NCBI GenBank assembly: GCA_043804695.1
Contig: JAZDIV010000035.1
Location: forward strand, 1-17,306
Direction: 5' to 3'
Length of the DNA: 17,306 nucleotides
DNA from: PVC group bacterium
GTDB lineage: Bacteria; Auribacterota; Erginobacteria; Erginobacterales; Erginobacteraceae
Part shown: positions 15,531 to 17,306 of the stretch, piece after piece
How positions within the stretch are numbered: the stretch's first letter is position 1
Layout of the letters: each line of letters starts with the position of its first letter
Notes under the pieces: model-generated
Told to the model about the DNA's origin: nothing
Seen by the model: only the letters and a program-made list of their open reading frames with translations
The model's database searches: none
Made by a program: the position numbers and the translations under genes

Positions 15531-16625
15531 ATGCGCTTCGACCAGCTCTTGCAGCTGATGGAGGATAAACTCGCCTCCGACGTTTACCTGAAGGCGAACC
15601 AGCCTCCCGTTTTCCGTATCAACGGGGTCCTGGTACCCCTCTCCGAGCAGCCTCCCCTGGCGGAAGAGGACATGCAGGATTACGTCCGTCATGTTCTCGA
15701 CGAGAAACAGCTGCGGATACTGGAAGTCGACCGCGAGATGGATGTTGCCTATTCCCTGGAGGGCGACCTCCGTTTCCGGATCAACCTTTTCTACCAGCAG
15801 GGGGCCCTGGGGATCGTCTGCCGGAGGATCAAGCGGGAGATTCTGACTTTTCAGGACCTCAACCTCCCGGCGGAGGTGATGGAGAAGCTCTCGCTGGAGC
15901 CCCGGGGGCTGATTCTGATCACCGGCGCCGCCGGGAGCGGCAAGACCACGACGCTCGCGGCCATGATCAACTTCATCAATCAGCGGAAAAAGAAGCACAT
16001 CATCACGATCGAGGACCCGGTCGAGTTTACCTACGTGGAGGATAAGTGCATCATCAACCAGCGCGAGGTCGGCTTCGACACCCGGAGTTTCCAGGGAGCG
16101 CTCAAGTACGTCATCCGGCAGGCGCCCGACGTCATCGTGATCGGGGAAATGCGGGACCTGGAGACGATGACCAGCGCCATCATGGCCGCGGAAGTCGGCC
16201 ACCTGGTCATCAGCTCGCTCCACACCATCGACGTCAGCCAGACCCTGGAGAGGATCATCAATTTTTTCCCGGCCTTTCAGCATTTGCAGATCAGGATGCA
16301 GCTCTCTTTCGTTCTCAAGGGGATCGTTGCCCAGAGGCTGATCGCCCGGAAAGACAAGGAGGGGAGGGTCCCCGCCTGCGAAGTGCTGATTTCGACCCCG
16401 ACCGCCCGGAAGCAGATCATGGAGGGAAAGACCGAGGACCTGCTGAAAACAATCGAGGCCGGGAAAATCGTCGGGATGCAGACCTTCAACCAGTCCATCC
16501 TCAAGCTCTACCAGGCGGGGAAGATCAGCTACCAGGACGCGATGGAGAACTCGGACAACCCGGAACTTTTGGAACTGGCGATCAAGGGGATATTCACCGG
16601 GGCGGACACGTTTAAGATACACTAA
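15531..16625 (+). CDS. Type IV pilus retraction ATPase, PilT/PilU family
   Basis: ASDVYLK..PPVFRING, RFRINLFYQQG, Walker A GAAGSGKTT, HIITIEDPVE, INQREVG.DT.SF, RQAPDVIVIGEMRD, GHLV.SSLHT, GMQTFNQS. RQAPD and the lack of AIRNLIRE lean towards PilU or a PilT paralog. Confidence 0.93.
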   Translation: MRFDQLLQLMEDKLASDVYLKANQPPVFRINGVLVPLSEQPPLAEEDMQDYVRHVLDEKQLRILEVDREMDVAYSLEGDLRFRINLFYQQGALGIVCRRIKREILTFQDLNLPAEVMEKLSLEPRGLILITGAAGSGKTTTLAAMINFINQRKKKHIITIEDPVEFTYVEDKCIINQREVGFDTRSFQGALKYVIRQAPDVIVIGEMRDLETMTSAIMAAEVGHLVISSLHTIDVSQTLERIINFFPAFQHLQIRMQLSFVLKGIVAQRLIARKDKEGRVPACEVLISTPTARKQIMEGKTEDLLKTIEAGKIVGMQTFNQSILKLYQAGKISYQDAMENSDNPELLELAIKGIFTGADTFKIH

Positions 16626-16791
16626 AGTGCCTGAAGTGCCTAAAGTGCCTGAAGTGCCTGAAGTGCCTGAAGTTTTCAGCCAGAGGCTTCAGCCAGAGGC
16701 TGATCCGCCTCGGGAGGAGATCCGCCTCCGGCGGAGAAGTGCCTTCCGCCTTCGTTAAAACTGCGGCGGATGAATAAAGTGAGCTAAAGTG
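16623..16791 (+). repeat. GTGCCT(A/G)AA 9-mer array with nested palindromic insertions, spanning from the ATPase stop to the next GTG start
   Basis: TAAAGTGCCTGAAGTGCCTAAAGTGCCTGAAG..., nested 30-mers at 16676-16735, hairpin 16745-16775, then AAAGTGAGCTAAAGTG whose last GTG is the start codon at 16789. Confidence 0.88.
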
Positions 16792-17046
16792 CCAACGATT
16801 TTAATGATTTTCGGCTGGCGGATTTTTTTCTATGCCAATGAACGAAATGAGCCTATCCATGTTCATTGTCAGAAGGCTGAGTGTGAAGCGAAGTATTGGG
16901 TTGATGTGGAAAACTTTGATTTCATTGAAGCATTTAGTTACAACATGTCACCGCGAGATAAGAAAATAATTCGGCGTATCCTTTTTGAGCATTTTGATTA
17001 TATAGTAGAACAATGGGATCAGTTTCAGAGGGGGCAATATGAATAA
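16789..17046 (+). CDS. DUF4160-family protein (putative type II toxin, HicA-like)
   Basis: MPTI..FGWRIFFYANE..EPIHVH....EAKYW...I...W pattern, 85 aa; overlaps the next gene by 8 bp; AT-rich. Confidence 0.85.
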   Translation: MPTILMIFGWRIFFYANERNEPIHVHCQKAECEAKYWVDVENFDFIEAFSYNMSPRDKKIIRRILFEHFDYIVEQWDQFQRGQYE

Positions 17047-17296
17047 AACTCATAAAGTAGGAACAATAAAATTCAAGGATAACACGATAGTTATGCTTGT
17101 AGATGGTAAAGAATATGCCATTGAAATATCTCACGTTTCTCCACGGCTTGCGAATGCTTCAGATGACCAGCGCCGGAACTTCGTTGTATCTCCATCTGGT
17201 TATGGAATACATTGGCCTGATATTGACGAGGATCTTTCGATTGATGGCATTCTTGGCATTAAGCACAACGCCCCTGTTCTGAATGCCGCTATATAA
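17039..17296 (+). CDS. DUF2442-family protein (putative antitoxin)
   Basis: PRLANAS..QRRNF..SPSGYGIHWPDIDEDLSIDGIL signature; AGAGGGGG RBS; translationally coupled to the DUF4160 gene. Confidence 0.88.
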   Translation: MNKTHKVGTIKFKDNTIVMLVDGKEYAIEISHVSPRLANASDDQRRNFVVSPSGYGIHWPDIDEDLSIDGILGIKHNAPVLNAAI

Positions 17297-17306
17297 TTTA
17301 GGGGAA

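Noticed and set aside
709..16622. Long minus-strand and alternative-frame ORFs (e.g. 709-1557, 2808-3698, 9845-10810, 12492-13571, 15495-16622)
   Set aside because: Shadows of GC-rich plus-strand genes with no recognisable motifs.
11160..16791. Integron attC sites
   Set aside because: No RYYYAAC...GTTRRRY paired boxes and no integrase; the repeats are tandem 9-mers.

Overview
Bacterial, GC-rich coding DNA with AT-rich, repeat-dense intergenic spacers; every credible gene is on the + strand. 244-6985 is a type IV pilus/MSHA-like assembly cluster: single-domain response regulator, PilB/GspE ATPase, ExeA/MshM-like ATPase, sigma-54 activator with a degenerate receiver, PilC/GspF, and a short major pilin with a consensus sigma-54 promoter, two candidate enhancer sites and a terminator. 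7784-14992 encodes two large secreted proteins with the same C-terminal six-repeat FG-GAP/VCBS-like module: a Kp43-like S8 protease and a five-P-domain, Pro/Thr-linker protein split by a 1-nt frameshift at a C7 tract. A PilT/PilU ATPase and an AT-rich DUF4160/DUF2442 toxin-antitoxin-like pair follow. The non-coding DNA holds at least six families of short repeats: 9-mer arrays abutting stop/start codons (one pair forms perfect 32-bp terminal inverted repeats), a duplicated mosaic of about 250 bp of 44-bp hairpin+tail units, and small palindromic elements visibly nested inside each other. No transposase is encoded in the window. All product calls come from motif recognition, not database searches.
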